This document shows positions 9,653 to 21,360 of a stretch of DNA of 64,000 nucleotides, piece by piece; positions within the stretch are counted from its first letter, which is position 1, and each line of letters opens with the position of its first letter. Origin of the DNA: Shigella phage ESh28. The DNA is taken from the sequence record ON528738; one strand, written 5' to 3'. A model generated the notes under the pieces. The model saw only the letters and a program-made list of their open reading frames with translations. It was not told the origin of the DNA and did no database searches. A program made the position numbers and the translations under genes.

Positions 9653-10768
9653 TTAAACTTCTCTAAATTCCTGTCCAAACACTTTGCCAGTTTTAGAAGA
9701 GGCTTGTGTAGGAAGTACCATTATATCTGGAGGTGAAGCCGATTCACAGACATAATTAACGCGAATACCGTTGACGCCAAATTCGGCAGGTTTTGAAATG
9801 CCGCCATTTCTTGATACTTCAGAAAAACTTAAATTTCTCATGCCGCCTTGACCTGCTTGAGCAGTTCTTTGTGCATATATCGTAAATCCTACGGCGTTTT
9901 CTGGAACAACTACATAGTCTTCTTTTAATTCCCAAGACCCAGCTTGCCCAGTAAACTCAGCTTGGGTCGAGGAAATATATCCATTTGATGCATCATAAAA
10001 ACGAATAGATATATTTGCAGTTCCAAGATCAAGTAAATCAGCATCAGCATATAGTTGTGCTTTAAGATAAAGAACATCACCAGGAATTAAATTGTAGTCA
10101 GAAAGTTTACTTATAGCAGCTGAAGTTGGCAATCGCGCAATTTCATTATTAGTTCCACCAACCGCAGACATAAATTGCTCAACGCTTTCGTATGTTCTTT
10201 TAGGAAATCCTGTAGCTCCGACGTCTTCTAAACTATCAAATACAACATCTAACATAGTTTGATAGTCATCTGTGCTTTTTCTATTACTTAGTTTAACATG
10301 CTCTAATGCGATAGCTCTTTTAGAAGAAGTGTAAAAAGCAGCATATGATACGTCAAATCTTGACAATACTGAATCTGATGGAAAAACTGAAGTTCCTGCT
10401 CCCCTTAACCAAGATACCACTTCAGGAGGAAAATTAACCTTTCCGCTAGTTAATATAGCAACAAGTCTATTGTTTGACAAAGAATTCATGAAACTGACAA
10501 AAGCGGCAGATGTTGTATTGTTTGAAGCAGAAAAAGCATATGACTTGCTATCAACTAATGCTCCCGTAGAAGGGTCAAAAACTCTTAAATGAAGACCTGC
10601 ACTAAATGTTTGATTTCCAACGGGATTATCCTGAAATTTAACATATGGTCCCGCAGTAGAAAGCGGGCAAGAACCCGCTATGCTTATTTTATATCTTACT
10701 GAATTGCTTTCCGATAAAAATGGCGTTTGGACATATCCTTGTCCAAACTCTGCCATAAATTTTTCCAT
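9653..10768 (-). CDS. 35: gp35 long tail fibre hinge connector
   Basis: 371 aa, MEKFMAEFGQ...; matches recalled T4 gp35 (372 aa). Confidence 0.85.
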   Translation of the reverse strand: MEKFMAEFGQGYVQTPFLSESNSVRYKISIAGSCPLSTAGPYVKFQDNPVGNQTFSAGLHLRVFDPSTGALVDSKSYAFSASNNTTSAAFVSFMNSLSNNRLVAILTSGKVNFPPEVVSWLRGAGTSVFPSDSVLSRFDVSYAAFYTSSKRAIALEHVKLSNRKSTDDYQTMLDVVFDSLEDVGATGFPKRTYESVEQFMSAVGGTNNEIARLPTSAAISKLSDYNLIPGDVLYLKAQLYADADLLDLGTANISIRFYDASNGYISSTQAEFTGQAGSWELKEDYVVVPENAVGFTIYAQRTAQAGQGGMRNLSFSEVSRNGGISKPAEFGVNGIRVNYVCESASPPDIMVLPTQASSKTGKVFGQEFREV

Positions 10769-10776
10769 AATACCTC

Positions 10777-13700
10777 TTATTCAATCCACTCAAATTTAAC
10801 AGTTTTATTCACTGGGTCAGGAATAATGCGAACATTACCAATTCGCAAGAAATCGCGAATAGTAAGATTACCTATTATTCCATTATCAGATGGGATCGCT
10901 CCTATATCTGAAGGTTGAGGAGGGTTACCTCCGTCAAATACCTGAACAAAACTTGACCAAGAGTTTTTGGTTTTCTGCCATGTACGTGTCCAGCGAGTGG
11001 TACGTGCTTCTGGGGTCGTTGGATAAGTAATCCAATCTTGGTAAAGTGAATCAAGTGTGTTACCAAACTGAGTCAATGTACCAGGAGATTTAACTTCTTC
11101 ACCACGTTCTAAGTATGGAAGTCCAGTCACTTCATTAGTTTTTTCAACCATCTTAAAATAACCCGGGAACTGGTTATAAGTGGCTGAATCATTAATATCG
11201 ATTGACCAGAATCCTACAGTATCAGATGTTGGAGCACGGGTATATAAATCAGAGGTTTTAGTACCCTGAGAACGAATTCTCGAGTTAACAGTTAAACCAC
11301 CTGAACTTATAGTAGCACCTTTGGCAATGATTAAGCTTTCACCAATCGTTACTTGACCAGATGCATTATTAATAGTTAAAGGACGTAATCCATTAAATCC
11401 ACCGGTCTGATCGCCAGATGCAGTAAGCATAAAATAGGTGTTAGCACCATCATTACGAATAAAGAATCCATAATCACCGTTTATTGCTCTAAAAGCATTC
11501 GATGATTTACTGATAAATTCGCCATTAGCAGTAACTGAACTACCGAATGTTGCAACGCCATTCGCATTCAATGTTCCTGAAGCATTCACATTTATCGGCG
11601 TTACTGTACCGTTGATATTAAATGTTATATTTCCAGCTTTATTACGCTGAGAATAAAAATGACTAGACGTTTCATCACTAACTTCAAATACGGTAGAACG
11701 TGTTGTGTCTGATTCCCCGCTAAATTGATTTCCCCACACTCTGACTGTCATCGTTTGAGCCGGGTTTGTTCCAGTTTGAGGTCCTTTTTCAAAAATCAGA
11801 CGAGTTGCCGTTCCAGTATTAGAAATAGTTAATGTACTATTTGCTGAAACTGATCCACCAAACGTAGCAGTACTAGATGATACAAGAGGGGCACTCAGAT
11901 TCGTTTGTTGGGTTAAGGTTAGTGAACCATTAACTGTTTGTGCAATGTCCCTACGAATGAACTGGAGCGAATCTAGACCATCTAATAAATTACTATCTAC
12001 AGCTTTTGCTTTTAATGGCAAATAATTTGCTAATACGCGATTTAATTCATATGGTGATACTGCATAACCATTTTTCTCATATGATTCTAATGGCTGTGTT
12101 GAACCTACCGTATCATTACCAACGAACGTAATTGAACCAGATGAGGTTTTAACAAAACCTCTTATTGCAGTAGTAGCTGCCCAAGTAGGTTCACTCTGCA
12201 CAATCCATTTTAAATTTTTTGGAGATACAGCAGTATTTGCTGACGTTCCAGCTACAGTTTCAGACCGAGTTGCAACTTTAATAACGCCTTCCTGTGCTTC
12301 AGTAGATTTAGTACCTAAAAGCTTTTTAGGAGTTATTAGAACATTATCCAATGTTCCTGCAGCAGCTTCAACTTGTGTAGCTACACGAAGTGTACCACGC
12401 TGTGTCTCATTTGCTTCAAGAATATTAAGGGTATAATGGTCCCAGAGAGTTCCTGATTCAACTAATCCAGATAGAGCAACAACAGAAGTACGATCAGTAC
12501 TATTAAATCTGGTTTTAATTTTTAATGGTGTAGAGATACGAGTATCGTCGACGCCTGCGTCGAATTCAACTTGCGTAGCAATTTCAGCTATACCACTTAA
12601 ACTTTCAGTTGCTCTACGGTCATTTAAAGTTTTAGGAGTGACTGCACGAGTATAATCAGTTCCTGTATTAACTTCACTTTGTGTAGCAATTTCAATTAAA
12701 CCAATTCTTGCATCAGTTGATGTCTTTTTATGTAACGTTTCTGGCGTTACAACCGCATTTGCCCATCCTTCTTGGCTTTGTCCAGCAATTACTTCACTTT
12801 CAACTGCTAAAATTACTGCGCCTTGTTGCGTTGGAGTAGCTTTATACTGATCCAAAGCTTTAGGTGAAACAACTAAATTATTAGTGTTTTTATTATAAAC
12901 ATTCGTACCATTTAATTCACGACTAGAAGCTGGAGTAGCTCCTGCGGTAGATACAAAAGTTACAATACCAGATAATGATTCAGAACCTTGACGAGCTTGA
13001 AGCTTTTTAGGAGTGATGATTGTAGTATCATCAGTACCTGTATTAGTTTCCTGCTGCGTAGCAATTTCAGCGACACCTCTGCGAGTTTCAGTAGCCGTTC
13101 TTTCATTCAGCTTTTTAGGAGTGATGATAAGGTCATCAGCAAAAGAGAATGTAGTATCCTGGTTAACTTGAGCAGTAGTTGCTATTCTTGCAATACCTCT
13201 GCGAGTTTCTGTAGCAGTACGGTTAGCTAATGTTTCTGGAGTAATTGCTAATTCTTTTTGTGGAGAATTTTCTAAATCAGCATTAGCTTGAGCTTGTGTA
13301 GCTAAAGCAATTACCCCTAATCTTGCTCTAGTAGAATCATTTAAAGAATCTACTCTTTCTACAGTTGGAACGTTTTGCTGTACAACCCAGTATTTTCCAT
13401 CAGAATCTTCAATATATGCAAGCTCTAAAACTGGAACATAATTAGTTTCACCGTTAAAAACTAATTCTTGAACTGTAACCCACTCAGCTTCAGGCGGATA
13501 TTCTGAGCGTTTTGGGAATTGCAGTAATTGAACTGAAGAAGCAATTTTATCTTCACCTGCAGCTTTGATTTTAACCGTTTGTCCTTTTCTCATGTAATTC
13601 ATGGAAATTTTGACAGTATCACCAACAGAAATATCAGTCGGAAGCTGAAGTTCAATTGTCTGAGCTGTTCCGTTATTCGCACCAAATACCATAACTTCTT

Positions 13701-14646
13701 CATTTGGACGAATATTAGAATTAGTTGTTATAATGCGTAAACGTGCTTTACTATCCCCGTCAAACAATCTCCACAATTTCTCATTATCATCAAACATCAA
13801 GAAACCGTCAATCGATGTACGACCTTCAATGGAATGAGTTCCAACTTCTTGTACTGAAGTTGTTTCATCATATGTAGTAACAATTGTGTGATAAAGAGGA
13901 TTTAATTTATCTAAATCAACGAAATTAATAATATCGCCATGATTAGCAAATCTTGGAAGTTTAATATTAATCGGCGCAGCGGAAGTAAATCTACGCACGA
14001 TAAAATCATTAGATTGCGCCTGATAAAGACTTGCCGGTGTTACAACTGCAGCTTCTCTGCTATAATCAGCAACATACATTTGCCACAGACGATTACTAAA
14101 AATTAAAACTATCTGTGATTTTGGATGAGTCATTAGTACTGAGCGTACTTGTTGACCTCTAAAGTTTACAATGCTTTGTACCGGAGCTGTAATTAAAACC
14201 TGGTTAACTCCAGGTTTTCCTCCAATATCTTGGAGAACGATAGTATCACCATCAATTGGAGAAGATGGTAAAGTAAATGTAATGTCATTACCAGCTGCAG
14301 TATCAACTGAAATTGATTCGCCTGATTTTAATTGATAAGGTCCTGATGAAACAGTTGTCCAGTTTGCATCAGTACGTAACGCTCTCCAGCGTACGCTATT
14401 AAAAGCTCCTGCTGGTTTCGGAATATCATTTATAGCAGCCCAAAAGCGGTTATCATAAATGATTACAAAATCTTTTAAATATCCACGAGTTGGATCATAT
14501 TGTTGAACTGTGTTTTCTTGAATTAAGTAATCAACGTTAACACCGTCAGTTCCTACGGCACGATCAGCTAAAGCTACGTTGATTATTTTATCGCCACCTG
14601 CGTCCAGACCGTCTTCTGCTCTGAACTTTCTTTTAATCTCGGCCAT
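10777..14646 (-). CDS. 34: gp34 long tail fibre proximal subunit
   Basis: 1289 aa (same length as T4 gp34); internal repeats of ~40 aa ending ITPKKL; N-terminus MAEIKRKFRAEDGLDAGGDKIINVALADRA. Confidence 0.85.
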   Translation of the reverse strand: MAEIKRKFRAEDGLDAGGDKIINVALADRAVGTDGVNVDYLIQENTVQQYDPTRGYLKDFVIIYDNRFWAAINDIPKPAGAFNSVRWRALRTDANWTTVSSGPYQLKSGESISVDTAAGNDITFTLPSSPIDGDTIVLQDIGGKPGVNQVLITAPVQSIVNFRGQQVRSVLMTHPKSQIVLIFSNRLWQMYVADYSREAAVVTPASLYQAQSNDFIVRRFTSAAPINIKLPRFANHGDIINFVDLDKLNPLYHTIVTTYDETTSVQEVGTHSIEGRTSIDGFLMFDDNEKLWRLFDGDSKARLRIITTNSNIRPNEEVMVFGANNGTAQTIELQLPTDISVGDTVKISMNYMRKGQTVKIKAAGEDKIASSVQLLQFPKRSEYPPEAEWVTVQELVFNGETNYVPVLELAYIEDSDGKYWVVQQNVPTVERVDSLNDSTRARLGVIALATQAQANADLENSPQKELAITPETLANRTATETRRGIARIATTAQVNQDTTFSFADDLIITPKKLNERTATETRRGVAEIATQQETNTGTDDTTIITPKKLQARQGSESLSGIVTFVSTAGATPASSRELNGTNVYNKNTNNLVVSPKALDQYKATPTQQGAVILAVESEVIAGQSQEGWANAVVTPETLHKKTSTDARIGLIEIATQSEVNTGTDYTRAVTPKTLNDRRATESLSGIAEIATQVEFDAGVDDTRISTPLKIKTRFNSTDRTSVVALSGLVESGTLWDHYTLNILEANETQRGTLRVATQVEAAAGTLDNVLITPKKLLGTKSTEAQEGVIKVATRSETVAGTSANTAVSPKNLKWIVQSEPTWAATTAIRGFVKTSSGSITFVGNDTVGSTQPLESYEKNGYAVSPYELNRVLANYLPLKAKAVDSNLLDGLDSLQFIRRDIAQTVNGSLTLTQQTNLSAPLVSSSTATFGGSVSANSTLTISNTGTATRLIFEKGPQTGTNPAQTMTVRVWGNQFSGESDTTRSTVFEVSDETSSHFYSQRNKAGNITFNINGTVTPINVNASGTLNANGVATFGSSVTANGEFISKSSNAFRAINGDYGFFIRNDGANTYFMLTASGDQTGGFNGLRPLTINNASGQVTIGESLIIAKGATISSGGLTVNSRIRSQGTKTSDLYTRAPTSDTVGFWSIDINDSATYNQFPGYFKMVEKTNEVTGLPYLERGEEVKSPGTLTQFGNTLDSLYQDWITYPTTPEARTTRWTRTWQKTKNSWSSFVQVFDGGNPPQPSDIGAIPSDNGIIGNLTIRDFLRIGNVRIIPDPVNKTVKFEWIE

Positions 14647-14680
14647 TCTCCCGGGCTCCTATTGTGTTTTCAATAATAAG

Positions 14681-14688
14681 TATTTATA
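14681..14688 (-). promoter_or_regulatory. late promoter (TATAAATA) for gene 34
   Basis: Minus-strand TATAAATA ~35 nt upstream of the gene 34 ATG. Confidence 0.65.
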
Positions 14689-14750
14689 CTTATTTACTTT
14701 AAGATTTGGATGGTATATAATAGAAATCTCACTAATTGAACGAGGTTCAT

Positions 14751-15668
14751 ATGGATTTAGAAATGATGTTGGATGAAGATTACAAAGAAGGAATTTGCTT
14801 TATTGACTTTAGTCAAATTGCGCTTTCAACTGCTTTGGTAAACTTCCCAGATAAAGAAAAAATTAATTTATCAATGGTTCGTCATTTGATATTGAACTCA
14901 ATTAAGTTTAATGTCAAAAAAGCAAAAACGCTTGGATACACTAAAATTGTACTGTGTATTGATAACGCGAAATCTGGATATTGGCGTCGTGATTTCGCTT
15001 ATTATTATAAGAAAAACCGTGGAAAAGCACGAGAAGAATCGACTTGGGACTGGGAAGGTTATTTTGAATCCAGCCATAAAGTTATAGATGAATTGAAAGC
15101 TTATATGCCATACATTGTTATGGATATTGATAAGTATGAAGCAGATGACCACATTGCTGTTCTTGTTAAGAAGTTCTCTTTAGAAGGACACAAGATTTTA
15201 ATCATTTCATCGGATGGTGACTTTACACAGCTTCACAAATACCCAAATGTTAAGCAATGGTCGCCAATGCATAAGAAATGGGTTAAAATTAAAAGCGGTT
15301 CTGCTGAAATTGACTGTATGACTAAAATCCTTAAAGGCGACAAAAAGGATAACGTTGCTTCAGTTAAAGTACGATCTGACTTTTGGTTTACCAAAGTTGA
15401 AGGTGAACGAACTCCTTCAATGAAAACTTCAATCGTTGAAGCTATTGCTAATGACCGTGAGCAAGCTAAGGTGCTTCTCACAGAATCTGAATATAATCGT
15501 TATAAAGAAAATTTAGTTCTAATTGATTTTGATTATATTCCTGATAATATTGCTTCAAACATTGTGAATTACTATAATTCATATAAATTACCACCGCGTG
15601 GCAAAATTTATTCATATTTTGTAAAAGCGGGTCTTTCTAAATTAACTAATAGCATTAATGAATTTTGA
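14751..15668 (+). CDS. rnh: RNase H (5'-3' exonuclease / flap endonuclease)
   Basis: 305 aa from ATG 14751 (MDLEMMLDEDYKEG...), SD GAGGT; track start 14736 is TTG. Confidence 0.85.
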   Translation: MDLEMMLDEDYKEGICFIDFSQIALSTALVNFPDKEKINLSMVRHLILNSIKFNVKKAKTLGYTKIVLCIDNAKSGYWRRDFAYYYKKNRGKAREESTWDWEGYFESSHKVIDELKAYMPYIVMDIDKYEADDHIAVLVKKFSLEGHKILIISSDGDFTQLHKYPNVKQWSPMHKKWVKIKSGSAEIDCMTKILKGDKKDNVASVKVRSDFWFTKVEGERTPSMKTSIVEAIANDREQAKVLLTESEYNRYKENLVLIDFDYIPDNIASNIVNYYNSYKLPPRGKIYSYFVKAGLSKLTNSINEF

Positions 15669-15676
15669 GGTGAATA

Positions 15677-15946
15677 ATGGCTAAAAAAGAAATGGTTGAA
15701 TTTGATGAAGCTATCCATGGCGAAGACTTGGCTAAATTTATTAAAGAAGCATCTGATCATAAACTGAAAATTTCTGGTTATAATGAATTGATTAAAGATA
15801 TTCGAATTCGTGCCAAAGATGAACTTGGTGTTGATGGCAAGATGTTTAATCGTCTGTTAGCTTTGTATCATAAAGATAACCGTGATGTGTTTGAAGCTGA
15901 AACTGAAGAGGTAGTTGAACTTTATGACACAGTTTTCTCTAAATGA
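15677..15946 (+). CDS. dsbA: DsbA double-stranded DNA-binding protein
   Basis: 89 aa; synteny between rnh and gene 33. Confidence 0.75.
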   Translation: MAKKEMVEFDEAIHGEDLAKFIKEASDHKLKISGYNELIKDIRIRAKDELGVDGKMFNRLLALYHKDNRDVFEAETEEVVELYDTVFSK

Positions 15947-16262
15947 TATTCGTCCGGTCGATGAGACCGGTCTTTCAGAAAAAGAACTTTCAATTAAGAA
16001 AGAAAAGGATGAAATTGCAAAGCTTCTTGACCGCCAAGAAAATGGATTTATTATTGAAAAAATGGTAGAAGAGTTTGGAATGAGTTATCTCGAAGCTACA
16101 ACAGCATTCTTAGAAGAAAATTCTATTCCTGAAACTCAATTTGCTAAATTTATTCCTTCGGGTATAATTGAAAAAATTCAGTCAGAAGCTATTGACGAAA
16201 ATCTTTTACGTCCTTCTGTTGTTCGTTGTGAAAAAACTAATACATTAGATTTTCTACTATGA
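15924..16262 (+). CDS. 33: gp33 late-transcription accessory factor
   Basis: 112 aa from ATG 15924 (MTQFSLNDIRPVDETGL...); track start 15915 is TTG. Confidence 0.8.
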   Translation: MTQFSLNDIRPVDETGLSEKELSIKKEKDEIAKLLDRQENGFIIEKMVEEFGMSYLEATTAFLEENSIPETQFAKFIPSGIIEKIQSEAIDENLLRPSVVRCEKTNTLDFLL

Positions 16263-16912
16263 TTAAACTCCGCATGCCTGCTGGTGGTGAAAGATATATT
16301 GATGGTAAATCAGTTTATAAATTATACTTAATGATAAAACAACATATGAATGGAAAGTATGATGTAATTAAGTATAATTGGTGCATGCGGGTGTCTGATG
16401 CCGCTTATCAAAAGCGAAGGGATAAGTATTTTTTCCAGAAGTTATCAGAAAAATATAAATTAAAGGAACTTGCTTTAATCTTTATAAGCAATCTGGTTGC
16501 TAACCAAGATGCTTGGATTGGTGACATCTCTGACGCTGATGCACTTGTGTTTTATCGTGAATATATCGGACGCTTAAAGCAAATTAAATTTAAGTTTGAA
16601 GAAGATATTCGCAACATTTATTATTTTAGTAAAAAAGTTGAAGTTTCTGCTTTTAAAGAAATCTTTGAGTATAATCCAAAAGTTCAATCAAGTTATATTT
16701 TTAAACTACTTCAATCGAATATAATTTCGTTTGAAACGTTTATCTTGCTTGATTCGTTTTTAAATATAATTGATAAACATGATGAACAGACTGATAATTT
16801 AGTCTGGAATAATTATTCTATAAAGTTAAAGGCTTATAGAAAAATTTTAAATATTGATTCACAGAAAGCTAAAAGTGTTTTTATTGAAACTGTGAAATCT
16901 TGCAAGTATTAA
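16259..16912 (+). CDS. 59: gp59 helicase loader
   Basis: 217 aa, MIKLRMPAGGERYIDGKSVYKLYLMIKQHMNGKYD; matches recalled T4 gp59. Confidence 0.85.
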   Translation: MIKLRMPAGGERYIDGKSVYKLYLMIKQHMNGKYDVIKYNWCMRVSDAAYQKRRDKYFFQKLSEKYKLKELALIFISNLVANQDAWIGDISDADALVFYREYIGRLKQIKFKFEEDIRNIYYFSKKVEVSAFKEIFEYNPKVQSSYIFKLLQSNIISFETFILLDSFLNIIDKHDEQTDNLVWNNYSIKLKAYRKILNIDSQKAKSVFIETVKSCKY

Positions 16913-16913
16913 T

Positions 16914-16937
16914 TGCTTATTATAAATAGATTATAAT
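16914..16937 (+). promoter_or_regulatory. MotA-dependent middle promoter for gene 32, with overlapping late promoter TATAAATA at 16921-16928
   Basis: MotA-box-like TGCTTA 16914-16919; -10 TATAAT 16932-16937; TATAAATA 16921-16928. Confidence 0.5.
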
Positions 16938-16944
16938 TATCTCA

Positions 16945-17011
16945 CTGACCAGCTATGAGGTCATACATCGTCATAGCACCAACTGTTAATTAAATTAAAA
17001 AGGAAATAAAA
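16945..17011 (+). promoter_or_regulatory. gene 32 translational operator (pseudoknot plus unstructured A/U-rich gp32-binding leader)
   Basis: Stem TGACC(16946-50)/GGTCA(16959-63); loop CTATGA(16953-58) complementary to TCATAG(16971-76); then A/T-rich leader to the ATG. Confidence 0.6.
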
Positions 17012-17920
17012 ATGTTTAAACGTAAATCTACTGCTGAACTCGCTGCACAAATGGCTAAACTGGCTGGAAACAAAGGTGGTTTTTCTTCTGAAGATAAAGG
17101 CGAGTGGAAACTGAAACTCGATAATGCGGGTAACGGTCAAGCAGTAATTCGTTTTCTTCCGTCTAAAAATGATGAACAAGCACCATTCGCAATTCTTGTA
17201 AATCACGGTTTCAAGAAAAATGGTAAATGGTATATTGAAAACTGTTCATCTACCCACGGTGATTACGATTCTTGCCCAGTATGTCAGTATATCAGTAAAA
17301 ATGATTTGTACAACACTGACAATAAAGAGTACGGTCTTGTTAAACGTAAAACTTCTTACTGGGCTAACATTCTTGTAGTAAAAGACCCAGCTGCTCCAGA
17401 AAATGAAGGTAAAGTATTTAAATACCGTTTCGGTAAGAAAATCTGGGATAAAATCAATGCAATGATTGCAGTTGATGTTGAAATGGGTGAAACTCCTGTT
17501 GATGTAACTTGTCCGTGGGAAGGTGCTAACTTTGTACTGAAAGTTAAACAGGTTTCTGGATTTAGTAACTACGACGAATCTAAATTCCTGAATCAATCTG
17601 CGATTCCAAACATTGACGATGAATCTTTCCAGAAAGAACTGTTCGAACAAATGGTTGACCTTTCTGAAATGACTTCTAAAGATAAATTCAAATCGTTTGA
17701 AGAACTGAGCACTAAATTCGGTCAAGTTATGGGAACTGCTGTGATGGGCGGTGCTGCTGCAACTGCTGCTAAGAAAGCTGATAAAGTTGCTGATGATTTG
17801 GATGCATTCAATGTTGATGACTTCAATACAAAAACTGAAGATGATTTTATGAGCTCAAGCTCTGGCAGTTCATCTAGTGCTGATGACACAGACCTGGATG
17901 ACCTTTTGAATGACCTTTAA
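17012..17920 (+). CDS. 32: gp32 single-stranded DNA-binding protein
   Basis: 302 aa, [38 protein letters not shown]; acidic Ser/Asp-rich C-terminus; upstream pseudoknot operator. Confidence 0.9.
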   Translation: MFKRKSTAELAAQMAKLAGNKGGFSSEDKGEWKLKLDNAGNGQAVIRFLPSKNDEQAPFAILVNHGFKKNGKWYIENCSSTHGDYDSCPVCQYISKNDLYNTDNKEYGLVKRKTSYWANILVVKDPAAPENEGKVFKYRFGKKIWDKINAMIAVDVEMGETPVDVTCPWEGANFVLKVKQVSGFSNYDESKFLNQSAIPNIDDESFQKELFEQMVDLSEMTSKDKFKSFEELSTKFGQVMGTAVMGGAAATAAKKADKVADDLDAFNVDDFNTKTEDDFMSSSSGSSSSADDTDLDDLLNDL

Positions 17921-17942
17921 TAGATTATATTACTAATTAATT

Positions 17943-17967
17943 GGGGACCCTAGAGGTCCCCTTTTTT
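17943..17967 (+). terminator. intrinsic terminator after gene 32
   Basis: GGGGACC-CTAGA-GGTCCCC followed by TTTTTT. Confidence 0.75.
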
Positions 17968-17992
17968 ATTTCAAAAATTTTTTCACAAAACG

Positions 17993-18022
17993 GTTTACAC
18001 CCTTGTCCTTCCATGGTACTAT
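17993..18022 (+). promoter_or_regulatory. early-type promoter (-35 GTTTAC, -10 TACTAT)
   Basis: GTTTAC 17993-17998, TACTAT 18017-18022; flanks near-identical to 1301-1360. Confidence 0.55.
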
Positions 18023-18065
18023 ACAACTATCGGCAATACTGCTGATGATTAAAGAAGAAAATAAT

Positions 18066-18293
18066 ATGGCTAAAGTTGATATTGACATCGTTGATTTTGA
18101 ATATATCGAAGAAATTATTCGTAATCGTTATCCTGAACTTAGTATCACAAGCGTGCAAGATTCTAAGTTTTGGAGTATTCAAATCGTTATTGAAGGTCCT
18201 CTTGAAGACCTCACCCGCTTTATGGCTAATGAATATTGTGATGGTATGGATTCTGAAGACGCAGAATTTTACATGGGATTGATTGAACAATAA
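18066..18293 (+). CDS. hypothetical protein (75 aa)
   Basis: ATG 18066 ([12 protein letters not shown]...); track start 18003 is TTG. Confidence 0.45.
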   Translation: MAKVDIDIVDFEYIEEIIRNRYPELSITSVQDSKFWSIQIVIEGPLEDLTRFMANEYCDGMDSEDAEFYMGLIEQ

Positions 18294-18300
18294 TTATCAA

Positions 18301-18317
18301 GGGGCTATTACAGCCCC
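18301..18317 (+). other. intercistronic RNA hairpin
   Basis: GGGGCT-ATTAC-AGCCCC; no U-tract, followed by SD of next ORF. Confidence 0.4.
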
Positions 18318-18337
18318 GTTAAAATGAGGAAAACATA

Positions 18338-18703
18338 ATGTATATCGGTAAAAAGTATGAACTTGTTCCAAGACTTATTGATACATTTATTAATTATCGC
18401 CCACGTTCTAATTCAGCAATAGTTAAAATTATTCAAGAAAATGGCGGATGGTTTGAAGTTAAAGAAGCTTTCTTTGTTGATGGATTTAGAGTAATAAAAC
18501 ACATTGAATGCGCAAATGGAAAGCATTTTTACTTTAACGTTTGTGAAGACGAATTTCATTGTTTTCGTGAGTATAAAGAACCGACTTCTGAAGAAGATGA
18601 AGTCAAAGACAAAGTTTCTGGCGTAACAAAAATTCACTGCATTGTTGACGAAAACAATGTAGATGAAATCATTGAACTTTTGCGAAAAACTTTCAAAAAG
18701 TAG
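18338..18703 (+). CDS. hypothetical protein (121 aa)
   Basis: ATG with GAGGA SD. Confidence 0.5.
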   Translation: MYIGKKYELVPRLIDTFINYRPRSNSAIVKIIQENGGWFEVKEAFFVDGFRVIKHIECANGKHFYFNVCEDEFHCFREYKEPTSEEDEVKDKVSGVTKIHCIVDENNVDEIIELLRKTFKK

Positions 18704-18737
18704 TTTACAGAAGGGTAGTAGTGTGATACTATTACCC
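18704..18737 (+). promoter_or_regulatory. early-type promoter with -10 enclosed by an inverted repeat
   Basis: GTTTAC 18704-18709; TACTAT 18727-18732; inverted repeat GGGTAGT(18713-19)/ATTACCC(18731-37). Confidence 0.45.
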
Positions 18738-18841
18738 TATCAAAACTAATGGAGAAAAGAAAATGTTCGCACCTTATATTATGGCAGCAGTTATGTTGGT
18801 CTGTTTATATCTTTTGATTAAAGCTTGCTAAGGAGAATAAA

Positions 18842-19084
18842 ATGAGATTACAACGCCAGAGCATCAAAGATTCAGAAGTTAGAGGTAAATGGTATTTTAA
18901 TATCATCGGTAAAGATTCTGAACTTGTTGAAAAAGCTGAACACCTTTTACGTGGCATGGGATGGGAAGATGAATGTGATGGGTGTCCGCTTTATGAAGAC
19001 GGTGAAAGCGCAGGATTTTGGATTTATCACTCTGACGTCGATCAGTTTAAAGCTGATTGGAAAATTGTGAAAAAGTCTATTTGA
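18842..19084 (+). CDS. hypothetical protein (80 aa)
   Basis: ATG with AGGAGA SD. Confidence 0.45.
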   Translation: MRLQRQSIKDSEVRGKWYFNIIGKDSELVEKAEHLLRGMGWEDECDGCPLYEDGESAGFWIYHSDVDQFKADWKIVKKSI

Positions 19085-19094
19085 GGAAAATAAT

Positions 19095-19450
19095 ATGTCC
19101 GATATTCATGTAACCGGAATTACCCAAGTAAGAATTCGTTGCCAACTTAAAACTGCACCCGGGATGGCTTATATTAATTTATCACATGACCTAGATTCTC
19201 GCGAAAGTCTGTTAACTGGTGTAATTACGTTTTACACTGGAATCGGCGGAAACGAATTTACTGTAGGCGAGATTGTTGGTCATAAATTAAAAGTTCAGAA
19301 GAACGTGTTAGAACTTTTTAATGACCTTTATGATGATAGCGATGAAGTTTTTGATGAAATCGCACAAGCAGTTAACAAAGGAATGGTAACTTTAGTTAAA
19401 ATGATTAAAGATAGCGGATTTGCTTCTGGCCCCTTTCAGTGGGAGGTAAT

Positions 19451-19454
<4 letters not shown>
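19095..19454 (+). CDS. hypothetical protein (119 aa)
   Basis: ATG with GAGGA SD. Confidence 0.5.
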
Positions 19455-20479
<1,025 letters not shown>

Positions 20480-20480
<1 letters not shown>

Positions 20481-21340
20481 TGAAACAATACCAATTTTTA
20501 ATTAAAGATATCCTGGAAAATGGCTACAAAACCGATGACCGAACAGGCACAGGAACAATTGCTTTGTTCGGTACTAAATTACGCTGGGATTTAACTAAAG
20601 GTTTTCCTGCAGTAACAACTAAGAAGCTCGCCTGGAAAGCTTGCATTGCTGAGCTAATATGGTTTTTATCGGGAAGCACAAATGTCAATGATTTGCGATT
20701 AATTCAACATGATTCGTTAATCCAAGGCAAAACAGTTTGGGATGAAAATTACGAAAATCAAGCAAAAGATTTAGGATACCATAGCGGTGAACTTGGTCCA
20801 ATTTATGGAAAACAGTGGCGTGATTTTGGTGGTGTAGACCAAATTATAGAAGTTATTGATCGTATTAAAAAACTGCCAAATGATAGGCGTCAAATTGTTT
20901 CAGCATGGAATCCAGCTGAACTCAAGCAGATGGCATTACCACCTTGTCATATGTTCTATCAATTTAATGTTCGTAATGGATACCTTGACCTTCAGTGGTA
21001 TCAACGATCAGTAGATGTTTTCCTCGGTCTTCCATTTAATATTGCATCATATGCTGCGTTAGTTCATATTGTAGCTAAGATATGTAATCTTATTCCGGGA
21101 GATTTGATATTTTCTGGCGGTAATACTCATATCTATATGAATCACGTAGAACAATGTAAAGAAATTTTGCGTCGTGAACCTATGGATTTATGCGAATTAC
21201 AATTAAAATTCCCAGATGAATTTGATGAATGGGACACAGAATCACAGGTATTTTGGTTGAGTCAATTCGCAAAGCCGCATAATTTTGTTCTTAACGACTA
21301 TGTATCTCACCCGCCAATTAAAGGAAAGATGGCGGTATAA
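20480..21340 (+). CDS. td: thymidylate synthase, uninterrupted (no intron)
   Basis: 286 aa from ATG 20480 ([31 protein letters not shown]...); continuous ORF; track start 20468 is TTG. Confidence 0.9.
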
Positions 21341-21360
21341 TTTTATTATTGCGAGGATTT

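Noticed and set aside
12988-13230. 80-aa plus-strand ORF inside gene 34
   Set aside because: Antisense to the repeat region of gp34; no SD and no function apparent
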